The translations under genes and the position numbers were made by a program. 64,000 nucleotides of DNA from Octopus sinensis (Eukaryota): the NCBI RefSeq assembly GCF_006345805.1, contig NC_043019.1, forward strand, positions 5,455,360 to 5,519,359, in the 5' to 3' direction. This document shows, one piece after another, positions 38,096 to 48,846 of this stretch (its first letter is position 1; every line of letters starts with the position of its first letter). Below the pieces are notes generated by a model. That model had not been told where the DNA came from, did no database searches, and saw only the letters and a program-made list of their open reading frames with translations.

Positions 38096-38920
38096 TAATT
38101 CCTCTTATGTCTAGCTTTTCTCTCATTACATTTGCATGTCATACATGCACACTGGCATTGCACATCCACTGCACATCCAGTGAAGCATATCATCTCGAAA
38201 TCATAGTTGTAGCCAGTGCTGGTGTCCTGTAACAGGCGCCCATGCCAGTGGTATGTATAAGCAGCCATGCCGGTGGCACATAGAAGAAGCACCCATACCA
38301 GTGGGCACATAAAAAGCACCCATTGCACTTTTGGAATGATTGGCATTAGACGGGGCCTCCAGCTGTGGGCACCAAGCCAAACCAGACTGGGACCACCTGG
38401 TGCAGCCCTCTGGTTTACCAGTTGCAGTCAAACCAGCTAACCCATGCCAGCATGGAAAGCATACGTTAAATGATGATGATAATGATGATGATGATGATGA
38501 TGGTGATGGTGATGGTGATGGTGATGGTGGTGGTTTTGGTGGTAGTGGTGGTGGTGCTGGTGGTACTGGTGATAGTGGCGGTGGTTTTGGAGGTGGTGGT
38601 ACTGGTGGTAGTGGTGGTGGTTTTGGTGGTGGTGCTGGTGGTGATGTATGATGATGTAATATATAAAATAAAAAAATACTAATTTATTGTTGCCTCAAAG
38701 TCAGACATTTGTTGGAAATAGCTGTTGTTGAAACCCTGTGTGTGTGTGTGTGTGTGTGTATTGATATGTATATATGAAACTTGTATTCCCTGTCAAGGTC
38801 AACTTTACCTTATAGGTTGTCTTCTGCCAGCTCTTTTGCCACCACCCTCATCATTACCACCACCAACACCGCCAGCAACATTTTCATTGTTTTCTTTCTC
38901 TCCCTCTTCACTCTATTTAG

Positions 38921-38982
38921 TCTCTGCCGATCAGCTGAGTTCACCTTCATCATCAGAGTCCCCCCCACCATCCCTCCACCAG
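38921..38982 (+). other. Candidate 62 nt internal exon
   Basis: About 40 nt polypyrimidine tract + TAG acceptor, CAG|GTAACT donor; two of three frames are open. Confidence 0.4.
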
Positions 38983-39299
38983 GTAACTCCCTTCTCTCTG
39001 TTTACCCCACCTCCACACATAGGAAAACGATTTTGTGTGTGTGTGTGTTGAAACCTGGCGGGGGTTGGTGATGACACTAATAAAACAATGGAACCCCTCA
39101 ACCTTGTAGGAAAGGGATTATTTTTCTGTGGCATATTATGAAGGGATTATAGGAGCTAGTTACTAAAACTGGACAGTTGTTGTTAATCCAACATCAATGG
39201 ATGAAGTCAGTCAGCAGATAATCCTGGTCAAGTCTGGTCTTGCACAGGTATTTCTCCGCTGATGTCGTTAACCTTAATTCACTCCAGTATTCACACACC

Positions 39300-39494
39300 T
39301 TTTGTATCTTACTTGTTTCAGTCATTAGACTACGACCATGCTGGGGCACTGTGGTCAAACAGTTTTGGCTGAATGAATCAACACTTTCAAATTTCTTTGT
39401 AAGCCTAGCACTTATTTTATTGGTCTCTTTTGCTAAACCACTAAACAGGGATGTAAACACACCAACACAGATGCAAAGACACACACACACACAA

Positions 39495-39525
<31 letters not shown>

Positions 39526-39990
39526 TATATGACAGGCTTCTTTCAGTTTCCATCTACTAAATAGGTGCAGGAGTGGCTGTGTGGTAAGTAGCTTGCTAAC
39601 CAACCACATGGTTCCGGGTTCAGTCCCACTGCGTGGCATCTTGGGCAAGTGTCTTCTGCTATAGCCCCGGGCCGACCAATGCCTTGTGAGTGGATTTGGT
39701 AGACAGAAACTGAAAGAAGCCCGTCGTATATATGTATATATATGTATATGTATATATATATGTGTGTGTGTATGTGTGTTTGTGTGTCTGTGTTTGTCCC
39801 CCTAGCATTGCTTGACAACCGATGCTGGTGTGTTTACGTCCCCGTCACTTAGTGGTTCAGCAAAAAAAAGGGACCGATAGAATAAGTACTGGGCTTACAA
39901 AGAATAAGTCCCAGGGTCGATTTGCTCTACTAAAGGCGGTGCGCCAGCATGGCCGCAGTCAAATGACTGAAACAAGTAAAAGAGTAAATC
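39300..39990. mobile_element. Abutting inverted S1 SINE pair (minus 39300-39555, plus 39565-39990)
   Basis: The minus copy is cut at GTTTCCATCTACTAAAT and followed directly by a plus-strand head. Confidence 0.8.
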
Positions 39991-40563
39991 CACTCTCATG
40001 GTTTTGGTTGGGCCAAGGGTACAGTAGAAGTCACTTTCCCAAGGTACCATGCAGTGGGATTGGACCTGGAACTATGTGGTCAGGAAGCAACTTCTTATCA
40101 CAGAGAATTACTGGATTTGTAAATAATTATTTTATTTAATCTTTTAAAATAATTTAAGAGTCTTTGGGGTTAAGATTTCTCAGAATATTTCCAACCATCT
40201 CCAATGGAGAATTCCATTGGCTCATTATGCAGCATCATTGACAGAAGGGGAACTCATTCATGTTTAGACAGGGAGGCTGACGTCCCTTTATCCACACAAC
40301 CAGCAGTAAACTCTCTGACACGGATCATATAAAATGCACACACACACACACACAACATATGCACTTAAACTCATATACACACTGCATGCACACACACACA
40401 CATACACACACTACATTGCACATACACATACACGGATATATATATGTGTGTTATATATGTATGTATATTCTTGTAATTGTCATTTTAGTAAATAAATAAA
40501 TAAATTGACATAATATAATGTCTAAATGTGATGAACCACTTATTGACCCCTCCATTTCTTATT

Positions 40564-40603
<40 letters not shown>

Positions 40604-40611
40604 GATATATA

Positions 40612-40655
<44 letters not shown>

Positions 40656-40683
40656 TTATATATATATGTATTATATATAGGCA

Positions 40684-40965
40684 GAAAATAATAGTTATCG
40701 CCATGCTAATATGGCATTCTTATAAAAATAAGAATAAAGCTGTCCGCTTATTAGCTCCATGAGGCCATCGCCTAAGTTAGCTATTTGATACACAAACTGT
40801 ATCCATATAACCTTCGAACAAGGGAGGTCAGTCGCTCCACACTACTTGACCGACAGCTACAGACGAGCTAACTTAAGGCGATGGCCTCATGGAGCTAATA
40901 AGCGGACAGCTTTATTCTTATTTTTATAAGAATGCCATATTAGCATGGCGATAACTATTATTTTC
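40684..40965. repeat. Long inverted repeat, ~100 bp arms around an 83 bp spacer
   Basis: 40684-40782 vs 40866-40965, complementary except for one indel. Confidence 0.9.
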
Positions 40966-41029
40966 CAGGAATGCTGCCGTGATCTCTTTTAGAGAGACTT
41001 AGGAATTTTAATATTTCTATTATATAGGC

Positions 41030-41210
41030 AGAGTTTACGAAAAAACAAAGGACGAAGACAGGTGGTGTACAAAACAAACAGATGTATTAGTATAAAGCTC
41101 AGGAATAGAAAAAGTCTTTTGCATTTCGAGCCTACGCTCTTCTACAGAAAGGAACACAGAAAAAACAAGGAGAGAAAAAAATGTGTGTAGAGGCTAACGA
41201 TCTATCATGG
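41030..41210 (-). mobile_element. Solo Penelope-like terminus with a degenerate type B hammerhead (41115-41152)
   Basis: Homologous to 7057-7240; core CUGUAGA, and GAAAUGC instead of GAAACGU. Confidence 0.7.
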
Positions 41211-41354
41211 CAACTAGTGCCAGACAGAAGGGTCAAACATGAGGAGGAAAGTAGGGGATATATATATATGTATGTATACCGGAGTAAACACATAAATGTG
41301 AAACAAGGTGGAAAAAAGAGTACTCAAATACCAGTGGTAGAGTAAGGTAGAGTA

Positions 41355-41520
41355 ATATGCTTTATTTAAAGCAGCAGAAAATTCAACAAAACCTGTTACT
41401 CTGAGTTTCACGTTGCCGTTCATTGGACAGTTTTTCTAGCAAAAACTGTCCGATGAACGGCAACGTGAACTCAGAGTAACAGGTTTTGTTGAATTTTCTG
41501 CTGCTTTATATAAAGTATAT
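41355..41520. repeat. Near-perfect fold-back (~80 bp arms, 5 nt loop), each arm carrying a hammerhead-like motif (type D)
   Basis: Plus arm: CUGU-CCGAUGA-ACG(GCAA)CGU-GAA-CUC(A)GAG-UA-ACAG. Confidence 0.85.
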
Positions 41521-41539
41521 GTATGTATATATATATATA

Positions 41540-41577
<38 letters not shown>

Positions 41578-42179
41578 CACACACACACATACATATATAT
41601 TCTCTCTTTTCTCTTTTCAAAGAAAATATTTCTCCCAGCATTCACTATTTTCCTCTCGTTCTGGTCTAACGACCCTCCGTGTTTGTTTCTTTCGGTTTCC
41701 TTGTATGTCTCCACTATCCTGTTTTTGTTCCCAACTTTGACCCTCCATAAAATCCTAAATTTATTTTGGAAGTTATGGGAGCAACTGTCTTCGAAGACTC
41801 ATATTATCGTTAAATGCTCGAAATGATGAGGGGTCTTTCTTTGTGTTACTTGTCCTGTTTTCAATTTTTGTCTCTTGTTGTTTGCATATTTAACTTGCTT
41901 GTTTTCATACCTTATGTTGTTTACAGTCGGTGACGTCCTCTACCCATATATGCCAAAAGGTTTGCAAATTCACTTGAGGCCTCAAAAGACATTTTAAGAT
42001 CCACAAAGATCAGAACTTATCTGCAGCTCTTGGTGGTCCAAATCAGAGTTGTAATCTATGTGGGTGTCTTTTCAGAACATTGTCTGGTTTTAAAAGCCAC
42101 ATCAGATGCCTTGTTGGTGCTAGAGGAGGTGGTCAAACTCTGCATAAGGAGTAGACAACCACCATATATATATTATTTA

Positions 42180-42219
<40 letters not shown>

Positions 42220-42224
42220 TACTC

Positions 42225-42436
42225 TTTTACTCTTTTACTTGTTTCAGTCATTTGCCTGCGGCCATGCTGGAGCACTGCCTTTAGTCGAGCAAATCGACCC
42301 CGGGACTTATTCTTTGTAAGCCCAGTACTTATTCTATCGGTCTCTTTTGCCAAACCGCTAAGTGACGGGGACGTAAACACACCAGCATCGGTTGTCAAGC
42401 AATGCTAGGGGGACAAACACAGACACACAAACAAAT

Positions 42437-42487
<51 letters not shown>

Positions 42488-42655
42488 TATGACAGGCTTC
42501 TTTCAGTTTCCGTCTACCAAATCCACTCACAAGGCATTGGTTGGCCCGGGGCTATAGCAGAAGACACTTGCCCAAGGTGCCATGCAGTGGGGCTGAACCC
42601 GGAACCATGTGGCTGGTTAGCAAGCTACTTACCACACAGCCACTCCTGCGCCTAT
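42225..42655 (-). mobile_element. SINE S1, full length
   Basis: Reverse-complement match. Confidence 0.85.
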
Positions 42656-43904
42656 TTATATATATATATAATAACAAAATAATAGATAAAACATGCATAT
42701 ATGCATACATATATGTACATACCTACATCTATATGTATATATACATGTATATATGGGTACAGGACACCAAAAAAGACGTCGAACATAATGAGAAACGAAA
42801 ACATAAAAACAAAACCATTTTTTAAGCAACGAAAAACAGCGTAAAAGACATACAACACAAGGAAATTTCCCTTCTTCAGCCACCTCTGTTTCGTCTACTC
42901 CGTGTTATATACATATATTGGATTGCCTATGATTAGTCCACTGAAGGATGAAGGCCTCAGCATGTTCTCTCCATCAACCTCCGTCTGATGTGGGGGCTCT
43001 GAATTTGAGTTTGAGATCATACTGCTCTGATGAGCCTCCTCTGCTACACTGGGGCTCGACATGTTTTGGCAGAGACGTGGCAGTTCTTATACTCTTTTCC
43101 AGTAGTTAAATTGATTACAATGATGCCAGCATTCAACTTGTACTTTCTTTATTGACCCTCAAGAGAATGAAAGGCAAAGTTGGTCTTGGCGGAAAGGGAC
43201 AACAAAACATCCAGATAGAGGATACAAAGAAAACAAGGACGGGTCATTCAGAGTTTTCTTTCCTCAGTCGAGTTCCAGATTATCTTTGCAATTTCAGCTG
43301 GTTATACTCAAGAATGCTCCAATCTGGCCAGCCCCAAGGAAAAACTAAGCTAAGAGCATTAGATTCCTTGGAAAAAGGCAGCAAATGTATATGAAAACAA
43401 GGACGGAAAAAACAGAGAAGGTTACACAAATACAAATAACAGGACATAACAACAGGTGTCTTTCGACTAAAGATGAATTAAATTAAGCTGGTGTGTGTGG
43501 AAGTAAAGCATTATACCAAGGATACAAGATTTCACAGGCACAGGGAAGAAAATAGATATTACATGGACAGCGGCCGAACCAAGAAAGAAAGGTCAGGCTT
43601 GGCCGAACACCGTCCACGTGGGGGGAGAAAAGAGAGAGAGGCAGAGGGACAGAAGAAATAAGGAGGGGCAAGAAAAAATGACAGGGACACAGTGAAGTGA
43701 ATGGGATGTTTTGCGTTCATGTCCCATTTTGTATTTATATATATATACATATTAGAGGGAAACCACTTTCAGTTTTTTTATATGCTAGACCACTGTTGTG
43801 AAATCGATGTTAATTAAATTAATATCTAATTTCTCACACTCATCTTAAATTCATATATATATATATATATATATATAGATCGCCATGTTGATTCGCTAGC
43901 CTCT

Positions 43905-44089
43905 GCACGCATTTTTTTTCTCTCCTTGTTTCTCTCCGTGTTTCTTTTCTGTGTATCTTTCTGTTGAAGAGCGTAGGCTCGAAACGTAAAAGACTTGTTT
44001 TATTTATATTCCTGAGCACCATACTAATACAATTATTTGTTTGTACTACACCTGCCTTCGTCTTTTGTTTATTTTCATAAAGCTTCCCG

Positions 44090-44092
<3 letters not shown>
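43905..44092 (+). mobile_element. Solo Penelope-like terminus ending in (TA)n
   Basis: Reverse complement of 7057-7240. Confidence 0.7.
43956..43993 (+). ncRNA. Hammerhead-like type B, fully paired copy
   Basis: UCUUU-CUGUUGA-A-GAGC(GUAG)GCUC-GAAA-C-GUA-AAAGA. Confidence 0.6.
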
Positions 44093-44123
<31 letters not shown>

Positions 44124-44410
44124 GACCAGTGTTGGACTCCTCATTTGAACCTGGAGCTTAATATAGTCTGTCCATAGCCCTTACTCAGCATTACCTGACC
44201 TCTTTGGGTCTTCTTGACACCAGTACCTCTCATACCTTGATTTCTCACTGTGCATGTTTGTATGTTATTGGAACTTAACTGGGAGCTTATACGATATCTG
44301 ACGAGATAATATATCCTTCCAAACTCATTTTTATGTTTACACACTCACACGCACACACGAGTATACATATAGCCGTACAGAGTATGTGTATAACAATAAT
44401 GCTTCTATAA

Positions 44411-44443
<33 letters not shown>

Positions 44444-45374
44444 ATGGTACACTGCTTGTGTAAATGTTGTGTGCCATTGAGACAGTAAGTGAGAGACATT
44501 ACGTGAGAAGAGAGAAGTGTTGAGATTTTGATAAGAGAATCGTTGGATGTTGAAATAAGATGAAAAAGCTGCATTAGTTTAATTTATGGAGTGAAATGGT
44601 TGAAGTCGTGTCACGGTTCGGTGATTTCAGGCTGAGAGGGAAAGACACATCATTACATCTTCAACTGATGTTTGAAAGGCAAGCAAAAAAAAAAAAAAAA
44701 AGAGAGAGAGAGAGGAAGAAAGAAAGAACAAGTTTTTCAATTCATTTTGAAATGATGAAAGAATCGACCGTTTGCGCATCGGTTGCTGTTACGGTTTTGA
44801 TGCTCATTAAAATGCACATTAAATGCACTTTTATCATTCTGATGCAAATCTTTTGACATGTGATAGGGTCTTAAGAGTTATGATTATGAATATAATTAGA
44901 TTTTTCATTAAATACAATTACACTAATTAAATCAACTATTTCTCTTTTTTACTGGTTTAAATCGATTTTCTTCATCTCTATGTTGTTGTTGTTGTTGTTG
45001 TCCTCGATGTTGATGTTGTTGTAGCAATAGGTTTTTACAACTTATTACGACATTATTGCATCTGACCACTCAACCATTACATATAGGGTTTGGAGCCCCT
45101 GTATTCCTGCTTCGGTCAGTCAAAGTGCTCAGTTATGTACCTTGGTCACTGTCCAGCTACAATAAAGTTTGAACTCGCAAACATTTGGCCAATGGTCTTT
45201 CGTATGAACCCCCCTGTTTCTATCCTTTACCAAAAATCTCATAGCAAGTTGTAAAATATTTATCAAAAGATAATTGCCTATAAAGATGGTGTGTGTGTGT
45301 ATGTGTGTGTGTGTGAATGCATGTGTGTGTTTGTGTGAATGTATGTATGTGTGTTTATATATATATGCCGTTTA

Positions 45375-46400
45375 GGTGCAGGAGTGGCTGTGTGGTAAGT
45401 AGCTTGCTTACCAACCACATGGTTCCGGGTTCAGTATCACTGTGTGGCTCCATGGGCAAGTGTCTTCTTCTTTTGCCTCGGGCTGACCAAAGCCTTGTGA
45501 GTGAATTTGGTAGACGGAAACTAAAAGAAGCCCGTCATATATATATATATATATACATATATGTGTATTTGTCTCCCCAACATCTCTTGACAACCAATGC
45601 TGGTGTGTTTATGTCCCCTTAACTTAGCAGATTGGCAAAAGAGACTGATGAAATACATACTAGGCTTGCAAAGAATAAATCCTGGGGTCGATTTGCTTGA
45701 CTAAAGGTGGTGCTCCAGCATGACTGCAGTCAAATGAGTGAAACAAGCAAAAGGATAAAAGAATATATATATATGTATATTTATATAACCTGTGTGTGTG
45801 TGTGTGTGTGTGTGGAGCCAAAACCCTTATACGTTCACCAAAACAGGGTAGTATTGATTTTCAATTTAAACACTTACTGCAAGGAATGTCAAGGTATTAT
45901 AGTAGTCTTTGGGGTTATTCCCTACTTCCACAAAAAGTATCGAAGGGCCATACTAAGTTAACAGGGCCCTATCATTAAGAAGTTCTGAGAGAAAGGCTTA
46001 TGAAGGGACAATATTCAGAAGTTGGACTTTGGTCTTATCAAATATCACACTCACCATAAATACTTTGTAAGGATTCAATCATTAAATGAGAAGGGTTTAC
46101 TAGAAAATTGGACCTTTAAAACATTAGTTATATTATCTCTATAAAATGGTAGATTGAAGAAGCTCTCTAAGTATCTGTTAATCTCTGGTTTACTCTTTTA
46201 CTTTTTTACTTGTTTCAGTCATTTGACTGTGGCCATGCTGGAGCACCGCTTTTAGTCGAGCAAATCAACCCTAGGACTTATTCTTTGTAACCCTAGTACT
46301 TATTCTATCGGTCTCTTTTGCCGAACCGCTAAGTTACAGGGACATAAGCACACCAGCATTGGTTGTCAATCGATGTTGGGAGGACAAACATATACACACA
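45375..46400. mobile_element. Inverted S1 SINE pair (plus 45375-45760, minus 46190-46400)
   Basis: Opposite-orientation copies of the same body, 0.6-1.7 kb upstream of the transposase-derived exon. Confidence 0.75.
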
Positions 46401-47064
46401 TGCATATATATATATATATATATATATATCATCATCATCATCATTTAGCGTCCGCTTTCCATGCTAGCATGGGTTGGACAGTTCAACTGAGGTCTGTGAA
46501 GACAGAAGGCTGCATCAGGCCCAGTCTGACCTGGCAGTGTTTCTACGGCTGGATGCCCTTCCTAACGCCAACCACTCCGTGAGTGTAATGGGTGCTTTTT
46601 ACGTGCCACCCGCACAGGTGCCAGATGGAGCTGGCAAACGGCCACGAACGGATGGTGCTTTTTACGTGCCACTGGCACGGGGGCCAGGCGAGGCTGGCAA
46701 CGGATGATGGGCTTCTTTCAGTTTCTGTCTACCAAATCCACTCACAAAGCCTTGGTTGGCCCAAGGTTATAGTGGAAGGCACTTGCCCAAGTTGCCATGC
46801 AGTGAGACTGAGCCAGGAACCATGTGGTTGGTAAGCAAGCTACCTACCACGTAGCCTACCATCATTAATTTCATCAAAATCTACTTGTTCCTTAAAATTT
46901 AAAAATCTTGGCTAATTAACAAATTTCTGTAAAAGACTTTGTGTTATGTTTCGTGTTTTCTTTTCAATTGTTTTCCCCAAAATTAACCTTTCTTTTCTTT
47001 AAATTTATTTTTTGATATTCATTTTATGTTTTTGTTTTTCTTTCTAGTTCAAGATAACAACAAC

Positions 47065-48846
47065 ATGTTCCCGGTCTTCAACCCCGTGCTGCAGTCACCA
47101 GCGACCAACCATGTCTCATCTCCAGTCTCTCTGGCGCCATCCTTCACTCGTCCCAGCCGTGGAGTCGCTACAGCTTTTCCATTGCCCCAGCTGCAGTCGC
47201 TCAACCAAACGTCGGTGCCACAAGCTGCTGCCAAACTTCGCCATTCTCAACCTCAACATTCTTATTATCACCATCAACTGCAGCATTTTCCCAAATCATC
47301 CCAGCAGCAGCAACAGCAGCAACAACAACAGCAGCAGCAGCAGCAACAACTCCAGCATCACAGACAACAGCAACAGCAGATACAGTTGCCACAAATACAT
47401 CATCTACAGCAGTTGAAGCAGCAACAACAACAGCAGCATCATCTGCAGCAGCAGAAACATCAACAAGAAGAACATAAGCTACTCTCACAGTCACCCCATC
47501 ATGTGTCACTACCATCACAGCATCATCAACAGCATCATCATCAACAACAACAACAACAACATCACCATCACCAACAACAACAACAGCAGCAGCAACAACA
47601 ACAACAGCAGCAGCAGCAGCAACCAATGTTTCGAGTGTATTCTCCTATTCAAGAACCAGGTGAAATCTTGTTACCTCCCCTGCAGCCAGTCAACCAGAAA
47701 CATCTGTTATCATCGGTGCATGAAAATGTATTGATGCCTCACCAAGACCAGCCACAGCAATGTCAAGATGGCCAGAAGAAAGCTATACCTCAGACAAACC
47801 CTGAACCACAATCAAAAGAAATTGAGAAGGACCACAAGAGTACCCAGGTACAATCCCATGTCAATACGACAGTTGGCTATCAAAAGGTGGAGAAGACATG
47901 TCCAATGCGATTCATTGATTTATTGAAGAATTTAAGCCACGTTGAAGGTACAATTGCTTGGTGCATGGACCTAGGCCTGATTCCGTCATCTCATACGTGT
48001 CACCGGTGTGGTGCAGTGATGCAGCTAAAATCTTGTCCAGCTTCTGTGACAACTGATGGTTACATATGGCAGTGTAACAAACAAAAATCTGGTATCAAGT
48101 GCGACACTTCTCGGTCACTGCGAGCGGGCAGCTGGTTCTCCCAGAGCAATCTGACTCTTGAAGAGGTTCTACAGATCACGTATTGGTGGACCCAATGTGT
48201 TTCTGAAGACTTCCTTGTTTACCAAACTGCAGTTAGTAAACCATCTGTTCTTGATTGGTGCAACTATTGCCAGGAACTCTGTTTGACCTACTTGATGAAA
48301 CAGAGCCAATGCATCGGAGGACCAGGGACAGTTGTAGAAATTGATGAAGCCATGTTTTATGGTCGGAATGGTCATCGTTTGTCTGGTCAGTGGATTTTCA
48401 GTGGCATTCAACAGAAAAGTAACTGGTCTTGCTTTATCTTCCCTGTTGGAGAAAAAACAGATGGAACTGGTCTTATAGAGGTTATTGAACGCTGGGTGAA
48501 ACCTGGCACGACAGTCCTGTGTAACTGGAACCCTACTGACCGCCTCACTGACGACGGACATACATACCTGAAGTTTACATACAATATGACCTTCAAGTGT
48601 GTGGAGGAGATGGAGGTGAATGATGGATGCATCAATGAGAATGGTGATTTGTCTCTGAAGGACACCCCTGTGATTGCAAAGAATTTCTGGAAGGAAATTC
48701 GTGCATCTTCCACATCAACAGATAATGCGACCTGTGAAACGATAACATTTGATAGTGCAATGGCAGAAAGTATCTGGCGTAAACAACAAGGAGAAGAAGA
48801 TATCTTTCTTTCATTTATCAAAGCTGTTAAATTTGCCTATAGTTAG
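47065..48846 (+). CDS. PolyQ/H-rich protein fused to a Merlin/IS1595 (ISXO2-like DDE) transposase domain; probable domesticated gene, 593 aa from the first in-exon ATG
   Basis: Uninterrupted ORF behind a strong acceptor (TTTTTCTTTTTCTAG, 47047). From ~47905: Zn ribbon CHRC..DGYIWQC..C, SLRAGSWF..SNL, DWCNYC.E.C, IGGPGTVVEIDE, GQWIFSG, PGTT, MAESIWR and DIFLSFI, all colinear with eukaryotic Merlin transposases. The true N-terminus may lie in upstream exons. Confidence 0.9.
   Translation: MFPVFNPVLQSPATNHVSSPVSLAPSFTRPSRGVATAFPLPQLQSLNQTSVPQAAAKLRHSQPQHSYYHHQLQHFPKSSQQQQQQQQQQQQQQQQLQHHRQQQQQIQLPQIHHLQQLKQQQQQQHHLQQQKHQQEEHKLLSQSPHHVSLPSQHHQQHHHQQQQQQHHHHQQQQQQQQQQQQQQQQQPMFRVYSPIQEPGEILLPPLQPVNQKHLLSSVHENVLMPHQDQPQQCQDGQKKAIPQTNPEPQSKEIEKDHKSTQVQSHVNTTVGYQKVEKTCPMRFIDLLKNLSHVEGTIAWCMDLGLIPSSHTCHRCGAVMQLKSCPASVTTDGYIWQCNKQKSGIKCDTSRSLRAGSWFSQSNLTLEEVLQITYWWTQCVSEDFLVYQTAVSKPSVLDWCNYCQELCLTYLMKQSQCIGGPGTVVEIDEAMFYGRNGHRLSGQWIFSGIQQKSNWSCFIFPVGEKTDGTGLIEVIERWVKPGTTVLCNWNPTDRLTDDGHTYLKFTYNMTFKCVEEMEVNDGCINENGDLSLKDTPVIAKNFWKEIRASSTSTDNATCETITFDSAMAESIWRKQQGEEDIFLSFIKAVKFAYS
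47265..47625 (+). repeat. Coding CAG/CAA/CAT repeats (polyQ/polyH)
   Basis: In frame within the 47065 ORF. Confidence 0.9.

Noticed and set aside
47026-47064. ORF-track start MFLFFFLV
   Set aside because: This stretch is the polypyrimidine tract and acceptor of the intron; the exon begins at 47048.
47905-48846. Active autonomous Merlin transposon
   Set aside because: No TIRs or TSD seen, two catalytic positions are degenerate in the genomic sequence, and the domain is fused to polyQ behind a splice acceptor.
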